A stretch of DNA of 40,484 bases from Clostridia bacterium (GTDB taxonomy: Bacteria; Bacillota; Clostridia; Oscillospirales; Acutalibacteraceae), in the NCBI GenBank assembly GCA_017450135.1, contig JAFSXA010000018.1:1-40484 (forward strand), in the 5' to 3' direction. This document shows, in pieces, positions 13,037-20,522 of the stretch. Position numbers and translations under genes: made by a program. Every line of letters begins with the position of its first letter. Positions within the stretch are counted from its first letter, which is position 1. Below the pieces are notes generated by a model. It saw nothing but the letters and a program-made list of their open reading frames with translations, ran no database searches and was not told where the DNA came from.

Positions 13037-14167
13037 ATGCTCAATAACAAGAGGATAATGATAGCCACCGGCGGCACAGGCGGCCATATCAACCCGGCGC
13101 TCGCCGTCGCAGGCTGTATCAAAGAAAAGTATCCGCTCGCGGAGCTGCTTTTCGTAGGAACAGCTGTCAAAATGGAGGCGCGCCTTGTGCCAGCCGCCGG
13201 CTACGACTTCCGGACGATAGATATCCAGGGCTTCAAGCGCGGCTTTTCTCCGTCGGAAATAACCGAAAATATCCGCACGCTCGTCAAGCTTGTCAATTCA
13301 AGGCGCAGGGCGGCTCAGATAATCAGAGAGTTCAGGCCGGACGCGGTCATAGGCTTCGGCGGCTACGTCAGCGGCCCGGTGCTCTCGGCGGCAGTGTCCA
13401 TGGGCATACCGACCGCCGTGCACGAGCAGAACGCCTTCCCGGGCGTGACGAATAAGACGCTTGCCCGCAAGGTGGACAAGGTCATGCTGACCGTCCCCGA
13501 TGCGGAAAAATATATCCGATCCCGCAAACCCTGCACAGTCACGGGACTGCCCGTCAGGGGAGAGATCATCCGGGCGGACAGGGAATTCTCCCGCGCAAAG
13601 CTGAAGCTTGACGACAGACCCCTTATCCTCTCCATGGGAGGGAGCCTCGGCGCGAGGGTCATCAACGAGGCGGTCACTCAGCTCATCTGCGAAAGGTATC
13701 AGCGGAAGGACTGCTATTTTCTCCACGCGACCGGCAAGACCGGCGCAGGCATGATTGAGCTCATACAGAAGGAGAAGAAGATCGACCTTGAGGAAAACAA
13801 ACATATCATGCTTCGTGAATACATTGATGACATGGACGTCTGTATGTCGGCGGCGGATCTTGTTATCTGCCGAGCCGGAGCGAGCACGCTCAGCGAGCTT
13901 GAGGCTCTCGGCAAGCCTTCGATCCTGATCCCGTACCCGTACGCGGCGGAGAACCATCAGTATTATAACGCGATGGCGCTTGTGAACAATTCTGCGGCGA
14001 TAATGTTTGAGGAGAAGGACTTCACCGGGGATAAGCTGATCGAAACCGTGGACGGACTGCTTGAGGATCGGGCAAGGCTCGCCTCGATAGGCGAAAATGC
14101 GCGCGGCCTCGCAGTTCTCAACGCCTCCGAGCGCATTGTTGACTGTATCTGCGAGATAGTAAAATGA
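13037..14167 (+). CDS. murG: Undecaprenyldiphospho-muramoylpentapeptide beta-N-acetylglucosaminyltransferase
   Basis: 376 aa with GGTGGHINPALAV, FGGYVSGP and RAGASTLSELEALGKPSILIPYP, the MurG signatures. Confidence 0.95.
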   Translation: MLNNKRIMIATGGTGGHINPALAVAGCIKEKYPLAELLFVGTAVKMEARLVPAAGYDFRTIDIQGFKRGFSPSEITENIRTLVKLVNSRRRAAQIIREFRPDAVIGFGGYVSGPVLSAAVSMGIPTAVHEQNAFPGVTNKTLARKVDKVMLTVPDAEKYIRSRKPCTVTGLPVRGEIIRADREFSRAKLKLDDRPLILSMGGSLGARVINEAVTQLICERYQRKDCYFLHATGKTGAGMIELIQKEKKIDLEENKHIMLREYIDDMDVCMSAADLVICRAGASTLSELEALGKPSILIPYPYAAENHQYYNAMALVNNSAAIMFEEKDFTGDKLIETVDGLLEDRARLASIGENARGLAVLNASERIVDCICEIVK

Positions 14168-14259
14168 GGCGTTCCTGAGCAGCATCGCTATTTCCTTAAC
14201 ACTTTTTTATAACCGTCATAGTATAGTTACAGATGACTTGTTATGAAGGGGTGTTCCGT

Positions 14260-15579
14260 GTGAGCTGTTTTTTGATCGAGGGCAGGCGCCGACTTGAGGG
14301 GAGCCTCAGAGTGCAGGGAGCCAAAAACAGCGCGCTCCCGATACTTGCCGCTGCGGCGGCGACCGGAAGACCCTGCCTGATACATAACTGTCCGGTCATA
14401 TCGGATATTCAAGCGGCTATCGGTATACTCAGAGCCATAGGCTGCGAGGTGCGTACCTCCGGCGGCGACGTTTATATTGACAGCTCAACCATAAACAGCA
14501 GCGATATACCGGATAGGCTTATGCGTGAGATGCGCTCGTCTATCATCTTTCTCGGAGCTTTGCTTACAAGAACCGGCGAGGCGTCATTTACGGCGCCGGG
14601 CGGCTGCGATATTGGGCTGAGGCCCTTTGATTTGCACCTTCTGAGCTTGAAAAAGCTCGGCGTTGCGGTCGAGCAAAGGCGGGGCAGAATACATTGCTCC
14701 TGCCCGGGACGTGTGCGGCCGGCTCAGATAGCTCTCTCTTTCCCGAGCGTCGGGGCGACGGAGAATATCATCCTCTCGAGCGTCAGGGCGGCCGGCACCA
14801 CCACCGTTATCAACGCGGCGCGCGAGCCGGAGATAGCCGACCTTGCAGGCTTTCTCAACGCCTGCGGAGCGCGTATCACTGGAGCGGGGAGCGGTACGGT
14901 CACTATCGAGGGCGTGGAGAGGCTCCGCTCTGCTGAGTATACGGTAATGCCTGACAGGATAGCCGCCTGCACCTATATGGCCGCGGCGGCGGTCACGGGA
15001 GGAAACCTGATCCTTGAGGACGTGATACCCGCCCATCTTTCGACGGTCATCACGAGCTTTGAACAGGCCGGCTGCAGGATAGATCATACACGGCGGCGGC
15101 TGAGGCTTCTTGCTCCGGAGAGGCCGGAGTCCATGGAGACCATCAGAACCATGCCGTATCCCGGCTTCCCGACCGACTGCCAGCCGGTGCTGACGGCGGT
15201 CGCCTGCGTGTGCCGCGGTACTACATTTATTAAAGAGAACATTTTTGAGAACAGATTCAGATACATCGGAGAGCTCAACAGGATGGGCGCGGATATCGTC
15301 GTCAACGGCACCGCAGCGGCGGTCAGGGGCGTCGAGCGCCTGCATTCCGCAACCGTCAGCGCGACCGACCTCAGAGCCGGAGCCGCACTGGTCGTTGCGG
15401 GGCTGTGCGCCGAGGGGACTACAGCGGTTGAGAGGATCGGTTACATAGACAGAGGATATGAGAGCCTTGAAAAGAAGCTGGCTTCGATAGGGGCATCAAT
15501 AAAAAGGACGGATAATTATGAAAACTTTAAGTCCGGAACGTCTGGCAAGACTGACTCCGGAAAAGAGAGCCAGATATGA
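14260..15579 (+). CDS. murA: UDP-N-acetylglucosamine 1-carboxyvinyltransferase
   Basis: GSLRVQGAKNSALPILAAA; active-site loop PGGCDIGLRPFDLH retaining the fosfomycin-target Cys; C-terminal IDRGYESLEKKL. Homology begins near in-frame GTG 14260 (GAAGGGG Shine-Dalgarno upstream). The ORF-track ATG 14233 adds 9 non-conserved residues. Confidence 0.92.
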   Translation: MSCFLIEGRRRLEGSLRVQGAKNSALPILAAAAATGRPCLIHNCPVISDIQAAIGILRAIGCEVRTSGGDVYIDSSTINSSDIPDRLMREMRSSIIFLGALLTRTGEASFTAPGGCDIGLRPFDLHLLSLKKLGVAVEQRRGRIHCSCPGRVRPAQIALSFPSVGATENIILSSVRAAGTTTVINAAREPEIADLAGFLNACGARITGAGSGTVTIEGVERLRSAEYTVMPDRIAACTYMAAAAVTGGNLILEDVIPAHLSTVITSFEQAGCRIDHTRRRLRLLAPERPESMETIRTMPYPGFPTDCQPVLTAVACVCRGTTFIKENIFENRFRYIGELNRMGADIVVNGTAAAVRGVERLHSATVSATDLRAGAALVVAGLCAEGTTAVERIGYIDRGYESLEKKLASIGASIKRTDNYENFKSGTSGKTDSGKESQI

Positions 15580-16486
15580 GGCGGAGCTGCGCAGAGTAAA
15601 AAGGAACAGAAGGATACTGGCGGTTGCTGTGGCTGTGATCGCGGCTGCTGCGGTCATTGCCGTTCTCTGCTTTACAGTACTGCTGCGCATAACGGAGATC
15701 AGCGTCGACAAGCCCGGAAAGATCTATACGCCGGATCAGATAATCAGCGCCTCGGGCCTCAATACGGGAGAGCTGCTGCTGTCCAAGGATTATGAAAAGG
15801 TGTCGGCGAGGATAGAGAACGATCTGCCGTATGTGCTGGAGGCCGGGATCAAAAGGACGGCGACCGGAAAGGTCATAATCAGCATAACAGACGACCTTCC
15901 GGCTATGATATTCAAGGTCAATAACGGCTATGCCCTGACAGACAAAAACGGCAAAACCCTTGAAATACTCGCCGCCCTGCCGGAAAAGAACAATTACATA
16001 GTTGTCAAGACGTCCAAAGAGATCACGGCGAAGCCGGGTCAGGTCGTCTCCTTTTCCGACAAGGATGAGGAGCAGCTCTATAATGAGATCAAAACCGCCA
16101 TGACCGAGGCCGGGCTCGAGAATATAACCGGCATCGACATTTCCGACTCCACCGATATCTATGCGGAGTATCAGCACAGGTACCGCCTGCACGTGGGCGA
16201 CAGCACCGCGCTCAAGGAAAAATTCCTCTCCGCGGTGGAGGCGATCAAGGCCGAGGATGAGAGCAATCCCGATTCCTGCGGAGTTATCAATCTGACTATC
16301 AGGGACAGGGTATACGTTATGCCCCTCGATTCCCTTGAAGAGACCGAGCTGACCACGGCCGCGAACGCGGAGGAGACCGGAGAGGGCGGCAACCGGGACA
16401 GCCGCACCGATACGGACGGGGACGAGGACGGATCGGAATCGGAGGAGGACAGCTCCGGGAATGAAGAACAGACGGAAAATGAGTAA
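15518..16486 (+). CDS. ftsQ: Cell division protein FtsQ/DivIB
   Basis: 322 aa. It has a basic N-terminus, one transmembrane segment (ILAVAVAVIAAAAVIAVLCFTVLL), a POTRA-like region (ITEISVDKPGKIYTPDQIISASGL) and an acidic C-terminal tail. It sits between the mur genes and ftsZ. Confidence 0.85.
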   Translation: MKTLSPERLARLTPEKRARYEAELRRVKRNRRILAVAVAVIAAAAVIAVLCFTVLLRITEISVDKPGKIYTPDQIISASGLNTGELLLSKDYEKVSARIENDLPYVLEAGIKRTATGKVIISITDDLPAMIFKVNNGYALTDKNGKTLEILAALPEKNNYIVVKTSKEITAKPGQVVSFSDKDEEQLYNEIKTAMTEAGLENITGIDISDSTDIYAEYQHRYRLHVGDSTALKEKFLSAVEAIKAEDESNPDSCGVINLTIRDRVYVMPLDSLEETELTTAANAEETGEGGNRDSRTDTDGDEDGSESEEDSSGNEEQTENE

Positions 16487-16587
16487 AAAATACTGCACGG
16501 GTTATCATCTGCAGTGACCAAGCATACAAAAAATAGCAATTCGGAAAAAAATATTACAATTTTTTTAACCTTTTCATAATATTATGC

Positions 16588-16616
16588 TTGAAATTGCAAA
16601 TGAAGTATGTTAAGAT
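16588..16616 (+). promoter_or_regulatory. SigA-type extended -10 promoter of ftsZ
   Basis: TTGAAA (16588-16593), 17-nt spacer ending in TGT, TAAGAT (16611-16616). It lies in a 183-nt AT-rich gap. Confidence 0.6.
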
Positions 16617-16669
16617 ATAGAATGTTTCATAGTTATTAATTAAAGAATTTAAAAACGGAGGTTTTAGAA

Positions 16670-17827
16670 ATGGCATTTGAAATTGATAACGATTTTGAAA
16701 GCACCGTTCAGATAAAGGTTATCGGTGTCGGCGGCGGCGGCGGTAACGCCGTGAATACCATGATCGCTCAGGGCATGCAGGGCGCGGAGTTCATAGTTAT
16801 CAACACGGACAAGCAGGTCCTTGTCAACTCTCAGGCTACGCACCGCATCCAGATCGGTGAAAAATCCACCCGCGGTCAGGGCGCCGGCGGACGTCCTGAG
16901 GTCGGCGAAAAGGCCGCCGAGGAGAGCAGGGAGGAGATATCCTCCATCCTCAAGGGCACGGACATGGTATTTATCACTGCCGGTATGGGCGGCGGAACGG
17001 GTACCGGAGCGGCTCCCGTTATTGCAGAGATCGCCAAGGAAATGGGCGTTCTTACCGTCGGCGTAGTCACCAAGCCCTTCAAGTTCGAGGGCAAGAAGAG
17101 AAGCACTATTGCGGAAGAGGGTATTGCCAAGCTGTCCGAGCATGTTGACAGCCTCATTGTCATTCCCAACGACCGTCTCAAGCTCCTCTCCGATCGCTGC
17201 AGGACTCTTTCGGAGGCCTTCCTTGTTGCCGATGAGGTTCTCTCTCAGGGCGTCAAGAGCATCTCCGAGCTCATAAAGGTTCCCGGCTTTGTAAACCTTG
17301 ACTTTGCCGATGTATGCAGCGTTATGCGCGACGCAGGCTACGCTCACATGGGCGTTGGAACAGCCAAGGGTAAGGATAAGAGCCTCCAGGCAGCCGAGAT
17401 GGCTACCTCAAGCCCGCTGCTTGAGACCTCTATCGCCGGCGCCAAGGGCGTTATCATCAGCATCACCTCGTCGCCCGATATCGGACTCGAGGAGATCGAG
17501 AACGCCTGCGAATCCATCACCGAGAAGGCTCATCCCGACGCGAACATCACCTGGGGCGTTGCGTTTGACTCCACTCTTGAAGACGAGATCATTATCGTCG
17601 TTATCGCGACCGGCTTTGACTCCAAGCCCAACGACGACTTCGGTTCTATCCCCACCTTCAAGGCCACCAATAACGCAGCCGCGCCCATGCGCTCATCTGC
17701 CAATGCTCCCATCGAGCCCCCCGTTGTAAACGGCGGCGCTTCCAAGCCTCAGGCCAAGTCGGGCGGAGCGGATGATGAGGATTTCTACGCCATCCTCAAC
17801 GATATCATCAAGAAGAAGGGCGAATGA
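16670..17827 (+). CDS. ftsZ: Cell division GTPase FtsZ
   Basis: 385 aa with [15 protein letters not shown] and the tubulin signature [13 protein letters not shown]. The C-terminal peptide is [22 protein letters not shown] lies 8 nt upstream. Confidence 0.98.
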   Translation: MAFEIDNDFESTVQIKVIGVGGGGGNAVNTMIAQGMQGAEFIVINTDKQVLVNSQATHRIQIGEKSTRGQGAGGRPEVGEKAAEESREEISSILKGTDMVFITAGMGGGTGTGAAPVIAEIAKEMGVLTVGVVTKPFKFEGKKRSTIAEEGIAKLSEHVDSLIVIPNDRLKLLSDRCRTLSEAFLVADEVLSQGVKSISELIKVPGFVNLDFADVCSVMRDAGYAHMGVGTAKGKDKSLQAAEMATSSPLLETSIAGAKGVIISITSSPDIGLEEIENACESITEKAHPDANITWGVAFDSTLEDEIIIVVIATGFDSKPNDDFGSIPTFKATNNAAAPMRSSANAPIEPPVVNGGASKPQAKSGGADDEDFYAILNDIIKKKGE

Positions 17828-17870
17828 TCCCTGTCGGGCGGTTCATCAACTGCTATAATTGATCCACTTT

Positions 17871-17910
17871 CAGTCCCCGATATGCTTCAGCATCACCGGG
17901 GGCTGTTTTT
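17871..17910 (+). terminator. Intrinsic terminator after ftsZ
   Basis: Imperfect hairpin CAGTCCCCGATATGC / GCATCACCGGGGGCTG followed by TTTTT (17906-17910). Confidence 0.7.
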
Positions 17911-18010
17911 AACTCTTGAAAAATATTCATTACAAAGTGTATATTTGACTCCGGATTGAAAAATAATACGTTTTTTTAAAAACAATTTGACTGAATATTC
18001 ATCAATTATG

Positions 18011-18039
18011 TTGACTTAAATATGATTTGGTGGTATATT
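18011..18039 (+). promoter_or_regulatory. SigA-type extended -10 promoter of the ABC transporter operon
   Basis: TTGACT (18011-18016), 17-nt spacer ending in TGG, TATATT (18034-18039). Confidence 0.6.
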
Positions 18040-18085
18040 GTTATGGAATAAAGGGGAAGTCTCCCCATATTTTTGGAGGTATAAT

Positions 18086-18871
18086 ATGAAAAGGTTTTTA
18101 TCTGTGATCATGGCGGCCGTTCTCGCTTTCGGAGTATTCTCTCTTGCGGGCTGCGGCAGCAAGGAAAACACCGGGGATAACAAGGCCAAGGAAAAGCTTG
18201 TGCTGGCTACAAGCGCCGATTTCCCGCCGTATGAGTTCATCGGCGACGACGGCGATTACAAGGGCATCGATATTGAGATAGCTCAGCTTATCGCCGAAAA
18301 GCTCGGCCGCGAGCTCCAGGTTGAGAACATGAACTTCAATTCCGTTATCAATTCCGTTCAGGGCGGCAAGGCCGACATGGGTATGTCCGGCATCACCGTT
18401 ACTGAGGACCGCAAGAAGAATGTTGACTTCACCGATTCTTATGCGACCGGCGTACAGGTCATTATCGTCAAGAACGATTCCGAAATCAAGAGCGTAGACG
18501 ATCTTTATGCCGAGGGCGCGTCCTACAAGATCGGCGTTCAGCTCTCCACCACAGGCGATATCTATATCAAGGATGATATCGACGGCAAGAAGATGTCCTG
18601 CTCCGTTGAGGAATACACCGTCGCTGCCGACGCGGTAGCCGCCCTCAAGGCAGGCAAGATCGACTGCGTTGTTATCGACAACGAGCCTGCCAAGTCGTTT
18701 GTAGCCGCCAACGACGGCCTCAAGATCCTCGAAACCGAGTACGTCACAGAGGATTACGCGATCTGCGTCGCCAAGGACAATACAGAGCTTCTCGCAGATA
18801 TCAACAAGGCTCTCTCCGAGCTCAAGGCCAGCGGCGAGCTCCAGAAGGTCGTTGATTCCTATATCAAATAA
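18086..18871 (+). CDS. Polar amino-acid ABC transporter substrate-binding lipoprotein (SBP family 3)
   Basis: ATG 18086 lies 6 nt after GGAGG (18075-18079). Lipoprotein signal MKRFLSVIMAAVLAFGVFSLAGC (lipobox LAGC). The body (FPPYEF, GIDIEIA, DMGMSGITVTEDRKKNVDFTDSY) is typical of Gln/Arg/His/cystine-type binding proteins. The ORF-track start 18038 is rejected. Confidence 0.9.
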   Translation: MKRFLSVIMAAVLAFGVFSLAGCGSKENTGDNKAKEKLVLATSADFPPYEFIGDDGDYKGIDIEIAQLIAEKLGRELQVENMNFNSVINSVQGGKADMGMSGITVTEDRKKNVDFTDSYATGVQVIIVKNDSEIKSVDDLYAEGASYKIGVQLSTTGDIYIKDDIDGKKMSCSVEEYTVAADAVAALKAGKIDCVVIDNEPAKSFVAANDGLKILETEYVTEDYAICVAKDNTELLADINKALSELKASGELQKVVDSYIK

Positions 18872-18893
18872 AACCGTATAACAACTCTTGTAT

Positions 18894-18922
18894 AAATCGA
18901 GGGATGGGCATACCCTCGATTT
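18894..18922 (+). terminator. Intercistronic hairpin after the binding-protein gene (partial terminator or mRNA stabiliser)
   Basis: AAATCGAGGG (18894-18903) pairs with CCCTCGATTT (18913-18922), with a 9-nt loop. TTTATCTTTGT follows. Confidence 0.55.
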
Positions 18923-18946
18923 ATCTTTGTGAAAGGAAAGAAAAAA

Positions 18947-19681
18947 ATGGACGAAATTACAGCCTGGTTTAACGGGATCAAGGAAGATTTCATCCTGAAT
19001 TTTATTCAAGGCGACAGATGGAAGCTGCTTGCAAACGGTCTTTTGGCTACGCTGAAGATCACATTTTTCGCCGCTCTGCTCGGCATAGCGATAGGAATTA
19101 TAATCGCCGCCGTCCGCTCGAGCCACGATAAGAACGCAGATAAACTCAAGGGCGTGGGCGGCTTTATACTGAAGCTTTTCAACGGCATAGCCAAGGTTTA
19201 TCTGACTGTTATCAGGGGTACTCCCACGGTAGTTCAGCTGTTGATAATGTACTTCATCATTTTCGCCTCATCGAATGACAAGCTCCTGATTGCCATACTG
19301 TCTTTCGGCATCAACTCGGGCGCATATGTTGCGGAGATATTCAGAAGCGGCATTATGGCGGTCGACGAGGGTCAGAACGAGGCCGGGCGCTCGCTCGGTC
19401 TGAACTATTTCCAGACGATGATATATATTATCGTGCCTCAGGCGTTCAAGACCGTGCTTCCGGCTCTTGCCAATGAGTTTATAGTCCTGCTCAAGGAGAC
19501 GTCGGTCGCAGGCTACGTCGGCATGATGGATCTCACAAGGGCGGGCGACATGATAAGAGGCGTTACCTTCTCGGCGTTCATGCCGCTGATAGCCGTTGCG
19601 TTCATCTACCTTATCATGGTACTGATACTTACCAAGCTGGTATCACTTCTCGAAAGGAGGCTTCGCAGCAGTGAGCGGTAA
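18947..19681 (+). CDS. Polar amino-acid ABC transporter permease (His/Glu/Gln/Arg/opine family)
   Basis: Polytopic, with the EAA-type loop ([28 protein letters not shown]) and the N-terminal HEQRo signature region. ATG 18947 follows AAAGGAAAG. The ORF-track GTG 18929 is less likely. Confidence 0.9.
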   Translation: MDEITAWFNGIKEDFILNFIQGDRWKLLANGLLATLKITFFAALLGIAIGIIIAAVRSSHDKNADKLKGVGGFILKLFNGIAKVYLTVIRGTPTVVQLLIMYFIIFASSNDKLLIAILSFGINSGAYVAEIFRSGIMAVDEGQNEAGRSLGLNYFQTMIYIIVPQAFKTVLPALANEFIVLLKETSVAGYVGMMDLTRAGDMIRGVTFSAFMPLIAVAFIYLIMVLILTKLVSLLERRLRSSER

Positions 19682-20411
19682 TCCTCTTATTAAAGTAACC
19701 GGTCTTCATAAGATCTACGGCGATTTTCACGCGCTTGACGGTGTGAGCATCCAAATTGAAAAGGGCGAGGTCGTCGTTATCATCGGCCCGTCAGGCTCCG
19801 GCAAATCCACCTTCCTGCGCTCCTTGAACCTGCTCGAGGTCCCGTCTCTGGGCACGATCGAGTTCGAGGGTGTGAATATCACCGACGAAAAGGTGGATAT
19901 CAACGTCCACCGTCAGAAGATGGGCATGGTGTTCCAGCATTTCAATCTTTTTCCGCACATGACAGTTATGAGGAATCTCACCCTCGGCCCGATGAAGCTG
20001 CTTAAAATGAGCAAAAAGGAAGCTGAGGCGAACGCGCTTGAACTGCTTGAGCGCGTAGGACTTGCGGACAGGGCGAACACATATCCCTCAATGCTTTCCG
20101 GCGGCCAGAAGCAGAGGATAGCCATTGTCCGCGCACTTGCAATGAAGCCGGACGTAATGCTGTTCGACGAGCCGACCTCGGCGCTCGACCCGGAGATGGT
20201 CGGCGAGGTGCTGGAGGTCATGCAGAAGCTCGCGGGCGAGGGGATGACCATGGTCGTCGTCACTCATGAGATGGGCTTTGCAAAGGAGGCCGCGTCCCGC
20301 GTCATCTTCATGGACGAGGGCAAGATGATCGAGGAGAACACCCCGGCGGAATTCTTTGCGCACCCCAAGACGGACAGATGCAGGGATTTCCTCTCAAAGG
20401 TGCTGATTTAG
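19671..20411 (+). CDS. Polar amino-acid ABC transporter ATP-binding protein (GlnQ-like)
   Basis: Walker [10 protein letters not shown], signature LSGGQKQR, Walker [13 protein letters not shown]-loop VTHEM. GTG start 10 nt after AAGGAGG. It overlaps the permease stop by 11 nt. Confidence 0.95.
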   Translation: MSGNPLIKVTGLHKIYGDFHALDGVSIQIEKGEVVVIIGPSGSGKSTFLRSLNLLEVPSLGTIEFEGVNITDEKVDINVHRQKMGMVFQHFNLFPHMTVMRNLTLGPMKLLKMSKKEAEANALELLERVGLADRANTYPSMLSGGQKQRIAIVRALAMKPDVMLFDEPTSALDPEMVGEVLEVMQKLAGEGMTMVVVTHEMGFAKEAASRVIFMDEGKMIEENTPAEFFAHPKTDRCRDFLSKVLI

Positions 20412-20455
20412 CAAAATAGACAAAAATAACCATGTTTTTTTGTGCTTAAAAGCAT

Positions 20456-20484
20456 TTACTTTTTATTGTCCCTTAATGTATAAT
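20456..20484 (+). promoter_or_regulatory. Candidate SigA-type promoter of the Ser-rich protein gene
   Basis: TTTACT (20456-20461), 17-nt spacer, TATAAT (20479-20484) immediately preceded by TG. Confidence 0.45.
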
Positions 20485-20522
20485 ATATTATACAGGTTAT
20501 GAAAAGAAAGGAGCAACCCTTT

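Noticed and set aside
15527-16498. A 323-aa minus-strand ORF almost exactly mirrors ftsQ. Similar long antisense ORFs are 13298-14185 (-, opposite murG), 26890-28050 (-, opposite spoIIIAB-AD), 36412-37227 (-, opposite tlyA), 18098-19126 (-, opposite the binding protein), 3052-4059 (-, in rpoC), and 21697-22743, 22858-23763 and 23917-24984 (+, opposite the rlu and yfhO genes).
   Set aside because: These are shadow ORFs expected opposite GC3-rich genes. Their translations are Arg/Gly/Ala/Pro-rich and low in information. They lack Shine-Dalgarno sequences and recognisable motifs. The sense-strand genes have unambiguous homology.
16489-16515. ACTGCA..TGCAGT hairpin just after ftsQ, considered as the terminator of the dcw cluster.
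   Set aside because: It has a 6-bp stem with a 12-nt loop and no U-tract, so it is not a convincing intrinsic terminator.
17914-17932. A possible CodY box in TCTTGAAAAATATTCATTA upstream of the ABC operon.
   Set aside because: It aligns poorly with AATTTTCWGAAAATT on either strand and is indistinguishable from generic AT-rich promoter DNA.
18038-18085. N-terminal extensions in the ORF track for several genes: 18038, 18929, 20499, 26064, 27653, 28015, 30863, 31170, 37175, 6603, 14233, 32218 and 33450.
   Set aside because: Each extension lies inside the preceding gene or lacks a Shine-Dalgarno sequence. An internal start with a GGAGG-type ribosome-binding site coincides with the onset of homology or of a signal peptide.
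20430-20456. TGCTTAAAAGCA after the ABC ATPase gene, considered as a terminator.
   Set aside because: The stem is only 4-5 bp with a tiny loop, and the T-run precedes the stem rather than following it. The ABC operon may read through into the Ser-rich gene or end without a canonical terminator.
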